Assembly: GCA_965213685.1 (NCBI GenBank)
Contig: CBDBZY010000031.1
Coordinates: forward strand, 160,001-224,000
From: a bacterium
GTDB taxonomy: Bacteria; UBA8248
Direction: 5' to 3'
DNA length: 64,000 nucleotides
Numbering within the stretch: the first letter of the stretch is position 1; every line of letters starts with the position of its first letter. Positions 1-11,724 of this stretch are shown in pieces. The notes beneath the pieces were generated by a model that did no database searches, had not been told where the DNA came from, and saw nothing but the letters and a program-made list of their open reading frames with translations. The translations under genes and the position numbers were made by a program.

Positions 1-684
<684 letters not shown>

Positions 685-773
685 ACGGCTCGTCCGTTCT
701 TCATCCGCCGTCGCGCGCCATGGTCGCGCGCCATGCTAGTATGGTTCCGGAGTTTCCGCCTCCCGGGGTGTGC

Positions 774-859
774 GGAGGGATGGCCGAGCGGCCGAAGGCG
801 GTGGTCTTGAAAACCACTGAGCGAAAGCTCCGGGGGTTCGAATCCCTCTCCCTCCGCCA
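774..859 (+). tRNA. tRNA-Ser(TGA)
   Basis: GGAGGGA...TCCCTCC-GCCA acceptor, anticodon arm GTGGT-CT-TGA-AA-ACCAC, long variable arm, GGTTCGAATCC T-loop. Confidence 0.95.
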
Positions 860-949
860 TGGAAAACGCCGGATGCGGCAGGTCGGGAATCCTCCGGACG
901 GCGGGGATAGCCGCCGGAGAGGTTGTGCGATAGAATGAGCACCCCGCAC

Positions 950-1041
950 GGAGAGATGGCCGAGTGGCTGAAGGCGCTCGCCTGCTAAGCGAGTAGGCTG
1001 GGAAACTGGCCTCGAGGGTTCGAATCCCTCTCTCTCCGCCA
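950..1041 (+). tRNA. tRNA-Ser(GCT)
   Basis: GGAGAGA...TCTCTCC-GCCA, anticodon arm CTCGC-CT-GCT-AA-GCGAG, long variable arm, T-loop; TAGAAT -10-like box at 931-936. Confidence 0.95.
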
Positions 1042-1190
1042 TCGTTGCCCCGGCACAGGGGGCGTTTCTCGCTCTCCCGCGCGCCTTGCCGCCTCATGAG
1101 ATCCCGGGGAGGAGAGGCCCGCGCGCGTTCGCTTCCGGTGCGGGGCCGCGCATCCCTCCTCCCCCCGGCGATGTGGATGGAGACGGCGTC

Positions 1191-1727
1191 TTGGACACGG
1201 CAGGCAAGGCTGGGCAGACCGCGCGACGCAACTTCTTTCGCATGGACGTGGTCCAGAGGCTCCCCATCCCGTTGGACGCCGCCTGGGCGTTTTTCTCCGA
1301 CCCCCGGAATCTGCGGGAGATCACGCCGCCCGAACTCCACCTGGTCGTGGAGAATGCGCTTCCCTCGAGAATGCACGCAGGCATGCTCATTCGCTATCGG
1401 GTCAGGCCTGTTTGGCGGATTTCCATCCACTGGACAACGGAGATCACCCACGTGGAGGAGGGTCGCCTCTTTGTGGACGAGCAACGCTTCGGCCCCTATC
1501 GCTTCTGGCATCACCAGCACCATTTTCACGTCATCGAGGGCGGCGTCGAGATGCGGGACGTCATCCACTACATGCTGCCGCTGCTGGGGCCTTTGTCATT
1601 CCTGGCCGACCGCCTCGTCGTGCGCCCGAGGCTTCGCCACATCTTCGCTTATCGCGAAGAGGTGCTCGCGCAGCGCTTCGGGCGCATGGCTGACGACGCC
1701 GGGTCCCCGACGACATGCGGAGGTTGA
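1191..1727 (+). CDS. SRPBCC family protein
   Basis: AWAFFSDPRNLREITPP, FVDEQRFGPYRFWHHQH, IFAYR motifs; TTG start after GGAG chosen (start uncertain). Confidence 0.8.
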   Translation: MDTAGKAGQTARRNFFRMDVVQRLPIPLDAAWAFFSDPRNLREITPPELHLVVENALPSRMHAGMLIRYRVRPVWRISIHWTTEITHVEEGRLFVDEQRFGPYRFWHHQHHFHVIEGGVEMRDVIHYMLPLLGPLSFLADRLVVRPRLRHIFAYREEVLAQRFGRMADDAGSPTTCGG

Positions 1728-1823
1728 TGCCCCGTCCCATGCCTGCCAGGATTCGTGGATTATTCTTCCCCCCCATACGATCGGGAAAACGCCCTCTCTC
1801 ATGCCGCTACCCTGGAGATGCCC

Positions 1824-2651
1824 ATGAAAATCTTCCTCGCCCTGGTCGTCTGGCTCTTCCTGGCGCCGGTCTCTCTCGCGCAAGAAATACAAAGGGAAAA
1901 ACCCACCAACCCGATCCTCTTGATGAAAACCAATTTTGGAGACGTCTTCATCGAAATGTTTCCCGAAGAGGCGCCCAGAACGGTGGCGAATTTCATCGAA
2001 CTCGCCACGGGGAGGCGCGAATTCACCGACGAGAGGACAAAAAAGAAAGTGAAACGCCCGTTTTACGACGGCCTGACGTTTCACCGCGTCATCAAAAAAT
2101 TCATGATCCAGGGAGGCGACCCCCGGGGGAACGGAACCGGAGGCCCCGGCTACCGCTTTGCGGATGAAATCAACGCGGACGCCCTCGGCCTGCACAAGCT
2201 ACAGGCGATGCGGGACGGCCGCCCCCACGTTTTTCTGTCCATCCAAACCCGGAGCGACTTCCGGCGCCGCCTGCTGCACCCCTTGTTCTACAAGATGGGC
2301 ATTCGCTCCCGGGACGACCTCGACAAGCGCATGGACGAGGTGAGCGACCGTCTCCAGAAGCTCACGCTGAAGGACGCCTACGAGAACATGGGCTATCGCT
2401 TCACGGACAAACTCCCATCGCGCCCGCCCCGAAAAGGCGTGCTCGCGATGGCGAACTCCGGCCCCAACACGAACGGCTCGCAGTTTTTCATCAACCTGGC
2501 GGACACGCCCTGGCTCACCGGGAAGCACACGGTTTTCGGCAAGGTCGCGAGGGGGATGAGCGTGGTGGAGGAGATCGGCGAAACGCCCGTGGGAGCAGAC
2601 AACGCCCCCAAAAAAGAAGTTACCATCGTCTCGATTCGGATGCGCCCCTGA
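1824..2651 (+). CDS. Cyclophilin-type peptidyl-prolyl isomerase with signal peptide and internal insertion
   Basis: FYDGLTFHRVI, MIQGGDP, LAMANSGPNTNGSQFFI, WLTGKHTVFG. Confidence 0.92.
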   Translation: MKIFLALVVWLFLAPVSLAQEIQREKPTNPILLMKTNFGDVFIEMFPEEAPRTVANFIELATGRREFTDERTKKKVKRPFYDGLTFHRVIKKFMIQGGDPRGNGTGGPGYRFADEINADALGLHKLQAMRDGRPHVFLSIQTRSDFRRRLLHPLFYKMGIRSRDDLDKRMDEVSDRLQKLTLKDAYENMGYRFTDKLPSRPPRKGVLAMANSGPNTNGSQFFINLADTPWLTGKHTVFGKVARGMSVVEEIGETPVGADNAPKKEVTIVSIRMRP

Positions 2652-2685
2652 TCGTCGCTCCGGGCCGGGACGCGCTCCGTGGGCG

Positions 2686-3294
2686 CTACATCTCCCGACG
2701 TCCTTCCAGGGATTTGGTGAGCGTCATCTCGTCGGCGTATTCCAGATGACTCCCCATCGGCAGGCCGTGCGCCAACTGCGTGACGCGCACGCCGAGCGGC
2801 TTCAGCAGCTGGGCGAGATACAGGGAGGTACCCTCGCCCGCCATGTTGGGGTTGAGAGCCAAGATCACCTCCCTCACCTCATCGCGCCTCACGCGCTCCA
2901 CCAGCTGGGGGATGGTGAGATCCTCAGGCTCCACGCCGTCGAGGGGAGATATGACGCCCATCAGCACATGGTAGCGGCCCTGCACGCCCCCCGCGCGCTC
3001 CACCGCAAACACGTCGGCCGGCTCCTCCACCACGCAGATGACGCCGGGCTCCCGCCCACGGCAGACTGGGCAGTCGCTCCCGCCGGCTTCGCCTTCCACC
3101 AACATCGAGCAGGTGGCGCACAGGCCCACCCTCTCGTGAAGCCCGGCGCACGATGCGGCAATTCTGCCGGCGGCCTCCGGGTCTTTGCCGAGCAGATGAA
3201 AAACGATTCTTTGCGCGCTCTTGGGGCCGATGCCCGGCAGGCGCCGAAACGCCTCGATGCACTCCTCTATCGCCGGAAACTGGTTCAGTCGCAT
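2686..3294 (-). CDS. recR: Recombination mediator RecR
   Basis: LPGIGPKSAQR HhH, C4 zinc finger, TOPRIM EVILALNP, GSHLEYAD; synteny with ybaB-dnaX. Confidence 0.95.
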   Translation of the reverse strand: MRLNQFPAIEECIEAFRRLPGIGPKSAQRIVFHLLGKDPEAAGRIAASCAGLHERVGLCATCSMLVEGEAGGSDCPVCRGREPGVICVVEEPADVFAVERAGGVQGRYHVLMGVISPLDGVEPEDLTIPQLVERVRRDEVREVILALNPNMAGEGTSLYLAQLLKPLGVRVTQLAHGLPMGSHLEYADEMTLTKSLEGRREM

Positions 3295-3505
3295 GGGGCG
3301 CTCTCATTGCGTTTCTGAAAACGGCGACGCAAAAACGACGGCGGAGGCGAACGAGTGCCGCCAACCGGGGAGCGGGCGCCGCCCATTCCCCACAAAGCAC
3401 AGCCTCGCCACATATCCCGCGCGGCGGACGGAAACGGCCTCGGCGAGAACCTCGTTTCGGCAACCCCGGCTCCCCCCGGGGGGCGCCTGCGGCCGGCCCG
3501 CCAGT

Positions 3506-3823
3506 TCAGAACAGGCCGGGAATGCGCATGCCGCCTGTGAGCTTCTTCATCTGCTCGGCCATCATGTCCCTGCCTTTTTTCAACGCCTCATTGCAGGCGG
3601 CGCGCACCAAATCCTCGAGCATCTCCACATCGTCCCGGTCCACCACCTGCGGGTCTATCTTCACCGAGACCACATCGCCCGCGCCATTGGCGGTGACGTT
3701 CACCATGCCGCCGCCGGCGGAGGCCTCCACCGTTTTATCCGCCATCTCTTTCTGGATGCTCGCCATTTTGTCCTGGAGCTGGCGCGTCTGCTTCATCAAA
3801 TTGCCGATGCCGCCCTTTAGCAT
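3506..3823 (-). CDS. ybaB: YbaB/EbfC nucleoid-associated protein
   Basis: VEASAGGGMV, DVEMLEDLV, GGMRIPGLF; lies between dnaX and recR. Confidence 0.95.
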   Translation of the reverse strand: MLKGGIGNLMKQTRQLQDKMASIQKEMADKTVEASAGGGMVNVTANGAGDVVSVKIDPQVVDRDDVEMLEDLVRAACNEALKKGRDMMAEQMKKLTGGMRIPGLF

Positions 3824-3883
3824 TGGAACCTCCCCGATATATTATCCCCTCGCCACGCACGATATGGGATTTTCGTCCGGCTT

Positions 3884-5584
<1,701 letters not shown>

Positions 5585-5653
5585 CCGGAATCCATCCCAA
5601 ACGATTGAACGAATTCGGCCCTGGAGATGGAGCGTCCTGTATGAAAAACGCGC

Positions 5654-5795
5654 GAATCCTGCGATGGAGACGACCGGCCAGGCGCCCTCGTGGCGCCCGG
5701 GAGTATCCGCTTACCGCTGCTTCCTTCCGGACCTGACGGGGTTCACAGGCTCCCGCCGCACGAGACCCGACCGGCCGTCTTCATCGCAGGCTCCC
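5654..5795 (-). ncRNA. ffs: Signal recognition particle RNA (small bacterial type, about 140 nt)
   Basis: Minus strand has GTCAGGTCCGGAAGGAAGCAGC core inside a long closing stem; upstream of dnaX; TTCCCA-17-TAGGAT promoter at 5831-5803. Ends approximate. Confidence 0.9.
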
Positions 5796-6049
5796 ACCGG
5801 AAATCCTACCCCGGACTCCGGTTTTTGGGAAGCGGGGAATCGCCATTGCGGAGGGGACGAACCCGGGGGCGGACGCTCTCCTGCGGCGTGGGCGGGAAAA
5901 CCATGCGGGAGATCAGAAATTTTCCGGCGGGATGCAAAAATCCCCCGTTTCGCATAAGATGAACTTCTCCCGGCCACGAAGCGCACAACAGACTCCCGGG
6001 CGCGTATCGACATTCCCGCGCCTCCGAAAACAAGAAAGGCCGCAGCCTC

Positions 6050-6913
6050 ATGTCACGCTCCAGCGTCACCGAACTTGCCGAGGGGAAAGTCTACGCTTTC
6101 CAGAATACGTTTCCCCTCGACGGCCGAATCAGCGCCTATCCCATCAGCGCGCGCGGTCATACCGCCTCGAACTGCTATCTCCTGAAAGAAGATGCGGGTG
6201 CGCTTCTGCTCGATACCGGCTACGCCGCCCACGAGGACAAAATCCTGGAGCAGCTCGGCTCCGTCCTCGACCCCGACACGCCGCTGTCGATGCTTCCCCT
6301 ACGCATCAACGAATTCATGTCGGTGGGCAACGCCATGGCGATCGCCAAGCGGTTCCACGTGGTGGAATGCTTCGCCGGCGTGCCGAAAATCAACGAATGG
6401 CTGGAATTTGAAACGATTGACCCGGAGGGCGGGAACAGGGGGACTCCCACCCTGCACACCACGATACTGCGGCCGCTCCACCCCTTCGAGATCGGCGACC
6501 GGTATATCGAGGTGATGAATGCGCCGATCCGCCTCATCAGCACCCGCTGGATTTACGATGCGGCCACCCGCACGCTGTTCACCTCGGACATGTTCACCCA
6601 CATCTGGCAGGAAACGGCCGATGGCCCCTGGGTGCTGGAGGAAGACGACGTCACCACGTCCGCCTTCGTCCGCTCGTTTTTGCTGAACACCCGCTACTGG
6701 TGGCTGGAGGGGGCGAAGACGGACGGGCTGCGAAAAAACATCGCCGACGTCTTCCATCGGTATGAAATCGAAACCATCGCCCCGGGCTATGGCGCCATCT
6801 TGCGCGGGCGGCGTCTGGTCGAGCGTCAATTCTCGGTGCTGGACGAGGTTCTCGCCGGTCTCGACCGGGAAATCATCGCTCCGCAATACGTCGCACTCGG
6901 CCTGGAGAGATAG
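6050..6913 (+). CDS. Metallo-beta-lactamase-fold protein (FprA/ODP-like), degenerate metal motif
   Basis: NCYLL...LLDTG, TLFTSDMF, IAPGYG; HxExDH site replaced by LRINEFM. Confidence 0.7.
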   Translation: MSRSSVTELAEGKVYAFQNTFPLDGRISAYPISARGHTASNCYLLKEDAGALLLDTGYAAHEDKILEQLGSVLDPDTPLSMLPLRINEFMSVGNAMAIAKRFHVVECFAGVPKINEWLEFETIDPEGGNRGTPTLHTTILRPLHPFEIGDRYIEVMNAPIRLISTRWIYDAATRTLFTSDMFTHIWQETADGPWVLEEDDVTTSAFVRSFLLNTRYWWLEGAKTDGLRKNIADVFHRYEIETIAPGYGAILRGRRLVERQFSVLDEVLAGLDREIIAPQYVALGLER

Positions 6914-6921
6914 GAGCTCCC

Positions 6922-7683
6922 ATGAATCGTCCCCTGCCCCGTGAAATCTCGCCCGGCGTCTTCTGGCTCGGCGACTGCCTCGTGCAACACTCCAAAGGAA
7001 AAATATACCACTCCTACAACGCGGCTTTCCTCGTCATCGGCTCAGAGGCTTCCATGCTCGTGGAAACGGGACATCCCAAAGATTTTCCCGTCATCGAGCG
7101 ACAGATGAGAGAAATCCTGGCACGGGGGGGCGGAGAGCTCCGGCACCTGTTCCTGACCCATCAGGAAACCCCGCATTCGGGCGGTCTGGGCCGCGTGCTC
7201 GACCGATACCCGCACCTCACCATCCACGGCGACATGTGCGACTACCACCTGGCTTTCCCGCAACATGCGGATCGCTTCCGGGCCATGGCGGTCGGCGACG
7301 CCATCGACCTGGGAGATCGCCGGTTCATGGCGGTGGAGCCGGTCATCCGGGACTTGCGAAGTTCTCTTTGGGGATTCGAGACCAGCGGGCGCGTCCTCTT
7401 TCCCGGGGACGGCTTCGCCTACAGCCACTACCATACGGACGGACATTGCGGGCTGTTCGCCGAGGAGGCCAAATCCCTGGATCTGGTCGACGTCCTGGGA
7501 GTGTTCGCAGAGCGCGCCTTGTTTTGGACCACGTTCACCGACATGAACGTCTATGCGGACAAGCTCGAGGAGCTGATGGACGCGCTGGGCGTCCGCGTGG
7601 TCGCACCCACACACGGACTCCCGATAAGAGACATCGCCCGCACCATGCCCAAGGTCAGGGAAGGCCTCGTCAGGGGGGAATGA
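6922..7683 (+). CDS. Metallo-beta-lactamase-fold protein (FprA/ODP-like)
   Basis: YNAAFLV, LVETG, THQETPHSGG, LFPGDGF, VAPTHG. Confidence 0.78.
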   Translation: MNRPLPREISPGVFWLGDCLVQHSKGKIYHSYNAAFLVIGSEASMLVETGHPKDFPVIERQMREILARGGGELRHLFLTHQETPHSGGLGRVLDRYPHLTIHGDMCDYHLAFPQHADRFRAMAVGDAIDLGDRRFMAVEPVIRDLRSSLWGFETSGRVLFPGDGFAYSHYHTDGHCGLFAEEAKSLDLVDVLGVFAERALFWTTFTDMNVYADKLEELMDALGVRVVAPTHGLPIRDIARTMPKVREGLVRGE

Positions 7684-7797
7684 GGCCCCCGGGGGGAGGG
7701 GGGCCGCCGGCTTGCCGCGTCCGCCCGTCCAGACGGATTCGGCCCGGGCGCGCGCATCAGCCACCGCCCATCCCCCCTCCGCAAGGCTCCCCCCCTC

Positions 7798-8196
7798 CTA
7801 GACGTCCTCCACCAGCTCCCACAGCGTGCCCATCGTGCTCTTGGGCTGGATGAAGGCGATGAGATGCCCGCCAAAGCCGGGCCTTGACTTCTCGTCGATG
7901 AGCTCGAAGCCCTGCGCTTTCAAGTCGGCCAGGACGCCGTCAATGTTTTTCACGTCAAAGGCCACGTGGTGGATGCCCTCGCCGCGCTCCTCGATAAATT
8001 TGGCGAGACTCGTCCCTTCCCGAAGAGGCGAGATGGGCTCCACGAGGTCGCCTCCCAAGTCCAGCATCGCCAGATCGGTCGCGCCATCGCTGGAAGTCTC
8101 CCTTGCGAGCAGCTGCGCTCCCATGCTTTCGTACAGGGCGATGGCGGCGTCCATGTCCCGCACCGCAACCCCGATGTGATGCACCTTGTTGAACAT
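7798..8196 (-). CDS. Methylmalonyl-CoA epimerase / VOC family protein
   Basis: HHIGVAV, FIEERGEGIHHVAF, FIQPKSTMGTLWELVE. Confidence 0.85.
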   Translation of the reverse strand: MFNKVHHIGVAVRDMDAAIALYESMGAQLLARETSSDGATDLAMLDLGGDLVEPISPLREGTSLAKFIEERGEGIHHVAFDVKNIDGVLADLKAQGFELIDEKSRPGFGGHLIAFIQPKSTMGTLWELVEDV

Positions 8197-8220
8197 GTTC
8201 GCACTCCCTCCCCGGCAGGC

Positions 8221-8299
8221 CGCGGCAGGCTTGGGCTCCGCCTCCGCCGCTCCAGACGTTGATGATGGGCCGGCCGCGCGCGGCAGGCTTGGGCTCCGC
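8221..8299. repeat. 21-bp exact direct repeat, two copies (8221-8241, 8279-8299)
   Basis: CGCGGCAGGCTTGGGCTCCGC twice, 37 bp apart. Confidence 0.85.
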
Positions 8300-8460
8300 T
8301 CGTATTTGTATCATCCTTCCTGTTTTGCGTCTCGTCTTCGCTCCCTGGATGAGGCCCCGGCCGGATTCTCCCGCCGGAAACTATACTTATACCAGCGTTT
8401 GCCATATACTGGCTTCCTGCCTGAAATGATGGAAACAACATGCGCATGAGGAGAAGATTC

Positions 8461-9021
8461 ATGGAAGGTCCCGTTGATGGACACAGCACGTCGACCGTTC
8501 CGGGCGAGCGCGTCATAGACAAGCCGGAACTCCCCCTCAAAGGGCTGTATACGGACAACACCGTCCACGCGGAGATGGTGGAGGGCTCCTTGCAGCTGAA
8601 ACGCGGCACCGCCGGGGAGTTCGAGATATTTTGTGACGAGGGTGCGCACATTGGCGGAACGGCCCGGTATCCCACGCCGATGGCCTATCTGGCGATGGCG
8701 ACGGGATTCTGACTGCTCACCCAGGTGTCGCGGTACGCGCACATGATGAAGCTGACCATCAAAGGGGCGAGCGTCTCGGTTCGGTTCAGAAAAATTCTGG
8801 GCGGCTCCGTTCTGAAGGGAACCGTGTTCAACAAATGGGAGGGCGTGGACACGCATCTGCGGGTGGAATCGGACGAGCCGGAAGAGAAGCTCGCCCATCT
8901 GATAAAAAACGCCAAGAATGGCTGCTTCGCAGAGTGCCTCATCACGGAGCCAGTGCCCCTGACCTCCACCGTGGAAGTGAACGGCAAGCCATTCAGAATC
9001 GAGGGCATAACCGCCGACTAG
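8461..9021 (+). CDS. OsmC-like selenoprotein (Sec at TGA 8710-8712), 186 aa
   Basis: ORFs 8440-8712 and 8725-9021 are one frame: DEG..IGG...PTPMAYLAMATGF-U-LLTQ, second Cys in KNGCF; downstream hairpin; GAGGAG RBS. Confidence 0.85.
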
Positions 9022-9120
9022 CCCTTGCCCGATACTCAAAAAGGCTCTTGAGTGCTCCACCCAAGAGCGTAGCGCCTTCGTCAGACATTCCATTTTTTGC
9101 CCATCACCGGAGGAATGGCA

Positions 9121-10674
9121 ATGTACGGATTCATCATGCGCGTTGTTCTGCTCGCGACCGTGGCGACCATGGTTTGGGAGGCGGCCCCTCGCCAGTCATA
9201 CGCCGGCAAGAAAGACGACACGCTCGTCGTCGCCCTCCAGCGCGGGATACGCTCGCTCGACAGGCTGTACACCCGAAGGCGCGAGGGGCTGATCTTTGCC
9301 CAGCTGACGGACGACGGCCTGTTTTACGCGGACCCCAAAACGCTCCGATTCATTCCCCTGGCGGCGAAGTCCCACAAATTCCTGGATCCGAAAACGCTGG
9401 ACGTCACCGTGCGCGAGGGGGTGAAATTCCACGACGGCAGCCCCCTGAACGCCGATGACGTCGTCTACACGTACAACTGGGTGCTCAACAAAAAGAGCAA
9501 GTCCCGCAACACCAAGCGCGTCAGGCGCTGGCTGAAAAGCGTCGAGAAGGTGGGGCCCATGAAAGTCCGCTTCCGGCTGAAGCGCCCCTACCCCCTGGCG
9601 CTTCGGGATATGGCCATCTCCATTTACCTGAGGAAAAAGAACGCCTATCACGCAGGCGGCGGAAAACGAGGAAACCGCAAGGCGATGACGAATGCGCTGA
9701 ACGGTTTGGGGCCATACAGGGTGGTGGATTTCGACCCGGGAAAGCGAATCGTCCTGGAGCGCTTTGAGGGGTATTACAGGTCCAGCCCCAAGCCGTTTCC
9801 CGCCATCAGGAGGATAGAGGCGCGGACCATTCCGGACTGGGGAACCCAGCAGGCGGAACTCATGAGCGGCGGCGTGCAATGGATGTACAGCGTGCCCACG
9901 GACATCGCGGAGAACATCGGCAAAACGCCGCTGGCGCAACACATCGCCGGCCCCTCCCTGCGCGTCGGGTTCGTCATCCTGGACGCCATCGGCTACACGG
10001 GGAGAAACAACCCGCTGACGAAGCTGGAAGTTCGCCAGGCGATGAACCACGCCATCAACCGCGAGGCGATCGTCCGGCACATCGTGAAAGGCTCCTCGAA
10101 GGTCATCCACTCCGCATGCCATCCGGTGCAGTTCGGCTGCGCCCAGGACGTGAAGAAATACGACTACAACCCGCAGAAAGCGAAAGCGCTCCTGGCAAAG
10201 GCGGGATACGAAAACGGATTCGCGTTTGAGCTGTGGGCGTATCGCGAAAAAAGCGTGGCCGAGGCCATCACGGCCGACCTCCACAAGGTCGGCATCCGCG
10301 CCAAGCTGCGCTACGTGAAGCTCTCCACGCTGTCGAGAGCGAGAAAGAGCAGGGAGATTCCCGCGTATTTCGCCACCTGGGGCTCCGGCAGCACTGCGGA
10401 CACCGCCGCCATCGCCACCTTCCATTTCTCGCCGACGACGAACAGGAACCTCTCCCGGGACAAGGAGGTGGAAAAATACGTCATGGCGGCGGAGGGGACG
10501 CTGGACCCCGCGAAACGCAAAGAGGCCTACGCCCGCGCCCTCCGGCTCATCGCGGAAAGGGCGCTGTGGATTCCCCTGTACTCTTTTACGCTCAACTACC
10601 TGACGTCCAACGATCTGGCGTTCGAGGCACCCAAGGACGGCCTGCCCAGATTGTTTCTCGCAAGGTGGAAATAG
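9121..10674 (+). CDS. ABC transporter substrate-binding protein, family 5 (Opp/Dpp)
   Basis: REGVKFHDGSPLNADDV, GLGPY, VRQAMNHAINR. Confidence 0.92.
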   Translation: MYGFIMRVVLLATVATMVWEAAPRQSYAGKKDDTLVVALQRGIRSLDRLYTRRREGLIFAQLTDDGLFYADPKTLRFIPLAAKSHKFLDPKTLDVTVREGVKFHDGSPLNADDVVYTYNWVLNKKSKSRNTKRVRRWLKSVEKVGPMKVRFRLKRPYPLALRDMAISIYLRKKNAYHAGGGKRGNRKAMTNALNGLGPYRVVDFDPGKRIVLERFEGYYRSSPKPFPAIRRIEARTIPDWGTQQAELMSGGVQWMYSVPTDIAENIGKTPLAQHIAGPSLRVGFVILDAIGYTGRNNPLTKLEVRQAMNHAINREAIVRHIVKGSSKVIHSACHPVQFGCAQDVKKYDYNPQKAKALLAKAGYENGFAFELWAYREKSVAEAITADLHKVGIRAKLRYVKLSTLSRARKSREIPAYFATWGSGSTADTAAIATFHFSPTTNRNLSRDKEVEKYVMAAEGTLDPAKRKEAYARALRLIAERALWIPLYSFTLNYLTSNDLAFEAPKDGLPRLFLARWK

Positions 10675-10798
10675 GGAAGAGCGCGTTTGCTGCGGAACGT
10701 CATCCGCCAAACCGGCCCGTCCGGGAGGGGCGCGCGCGTCTTCCTGGATGGACGAGAGGGCGTTGCGTGAACGACCTCCCGGGTGAGGGAATCCCGCC

Positions 10799-11716
10799 AT
10801 GCTGAAATACGCGGTCCATCGCGGCGTCATGGCCATACTCGTGGCGTTCACCGTCTCCCTGCTCACGTTCATGCTGCTGCATTTCGCGACCGACCCCGCA
10901 TCCGCCATCGCGGGCGAGGACGCGACGCCGGATGAAATCGCGCAAATCCGGGAAGACTACGGCCTCGACAAGCCGCTCCCCGTCCAGTATTACGATTGGC
11001 TGAGCGGCATATTCCAGGGAGATTTCGGGGACAGCTACTACTGGAAAAAACCGGTGGGCGCCCTCATCGTCTCCCACGCCCCGGTCACGATACAACTCTC
11101 CTTGTGGGCGTTCGTGGTCACCATCCTCATCGCCCTTCCCCTCGGCGTCCTGGCCGCCATGCGCCCCAACTCCCTCGTCGATCGCTTCGCACTCTCGGTG
11201 GCCGTCTCCGCCCAGGCGGTGCCCAACTTCTGGCTGGGCCTGATGTGCATCATTCTCTTCTCGGTAAAACTGGGGCTGTTCCCCGTGTCGGGAGACGGCA
11301 CCTGGCTGCATTTCGTGATGCCCGCCATCGTGCTCGGCTCCAGCTCGGTGCCCGCGGTGATGCGCCTGACGCGCACGGGCCTCCTGGACGTCATGTCGTC
11401 AGACTACATCCGCACCGCCCGCTCCAAGGGGTTCCGCGCCACCCGGCTCCTCGTCCGACACGCGCTCAGAAACGCCATACTGCCCGTCGTGAGCGTCCTG
11501 GCCGTACAACTGGGGAACAAACTCGGCGGCTCCGTCATCACCGAGTCGGTGTTTGCGCTCAACGGGCTGGGCCGCCTCACCATCGAGTCCATCATCGGCG
11601 CGGACATCCCGATGGTGCAGATGCTGGTTTTCGTCTTCGCCGTCACGTTCATCGTGCTCAACTATCTGGCGGATCTGCTCAACGCCTGGCTGGATCCGAG
11701 AATCCGTCTGGCTTGA
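10799..11716 (+). CDS. Opp/Dpp ABC permease (B type)
   Basis: GLDKPLPVQY, DYIRTARSKG, DPRIR. Confidence 0.93.
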   Translation: MLKYAVHRGVMAILVAFTVSLLTFMLLHFATDPASAIAGEDATPDEIAQIREDYGLDKPLPVQYYDWLSGIFQGDFGDSYYWKKPVGALIVSHAPVTIQLSLWAFVVTILIALPLGVLAAMRPNSLVDRFALSVAVSAQAVPNFWLGLMCIILFSVKLGLFPVSGDGTWLHFVMPAIVLGSSSVPAVMRLTRTGLLDVMSSDYIRTARSKGFRATRLLVRHALRNAILPVVSVLAVQLGNKLGGSVITESVFALNGLGRLTIESIIGADIPMVQMLVFVFAVTFIVLNYLADLLNAWLDPRIRLA

Positions 11717-11724
11717 GGGCGAAC

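Noticed and set aside
774-859. tRNA-Sec
   Set aside because: Anticodon is TGA (reads UCA, Ser), not TCA, and the acceptor stem is 7 bp.
5623-5881. Large (Alu-domain) SRP RNA suggested by GAGCGTCC/GGACGCTC pairing
   Set aside because: A promoter-like TTCCCA-17-TAGGAT places the start near 5795, and no Alu motif is visible; an 8-bp match is plausible by chance.
8221-8299. CRISPR array
   Set aside because: Only two repeats, no cas genes, no leader.
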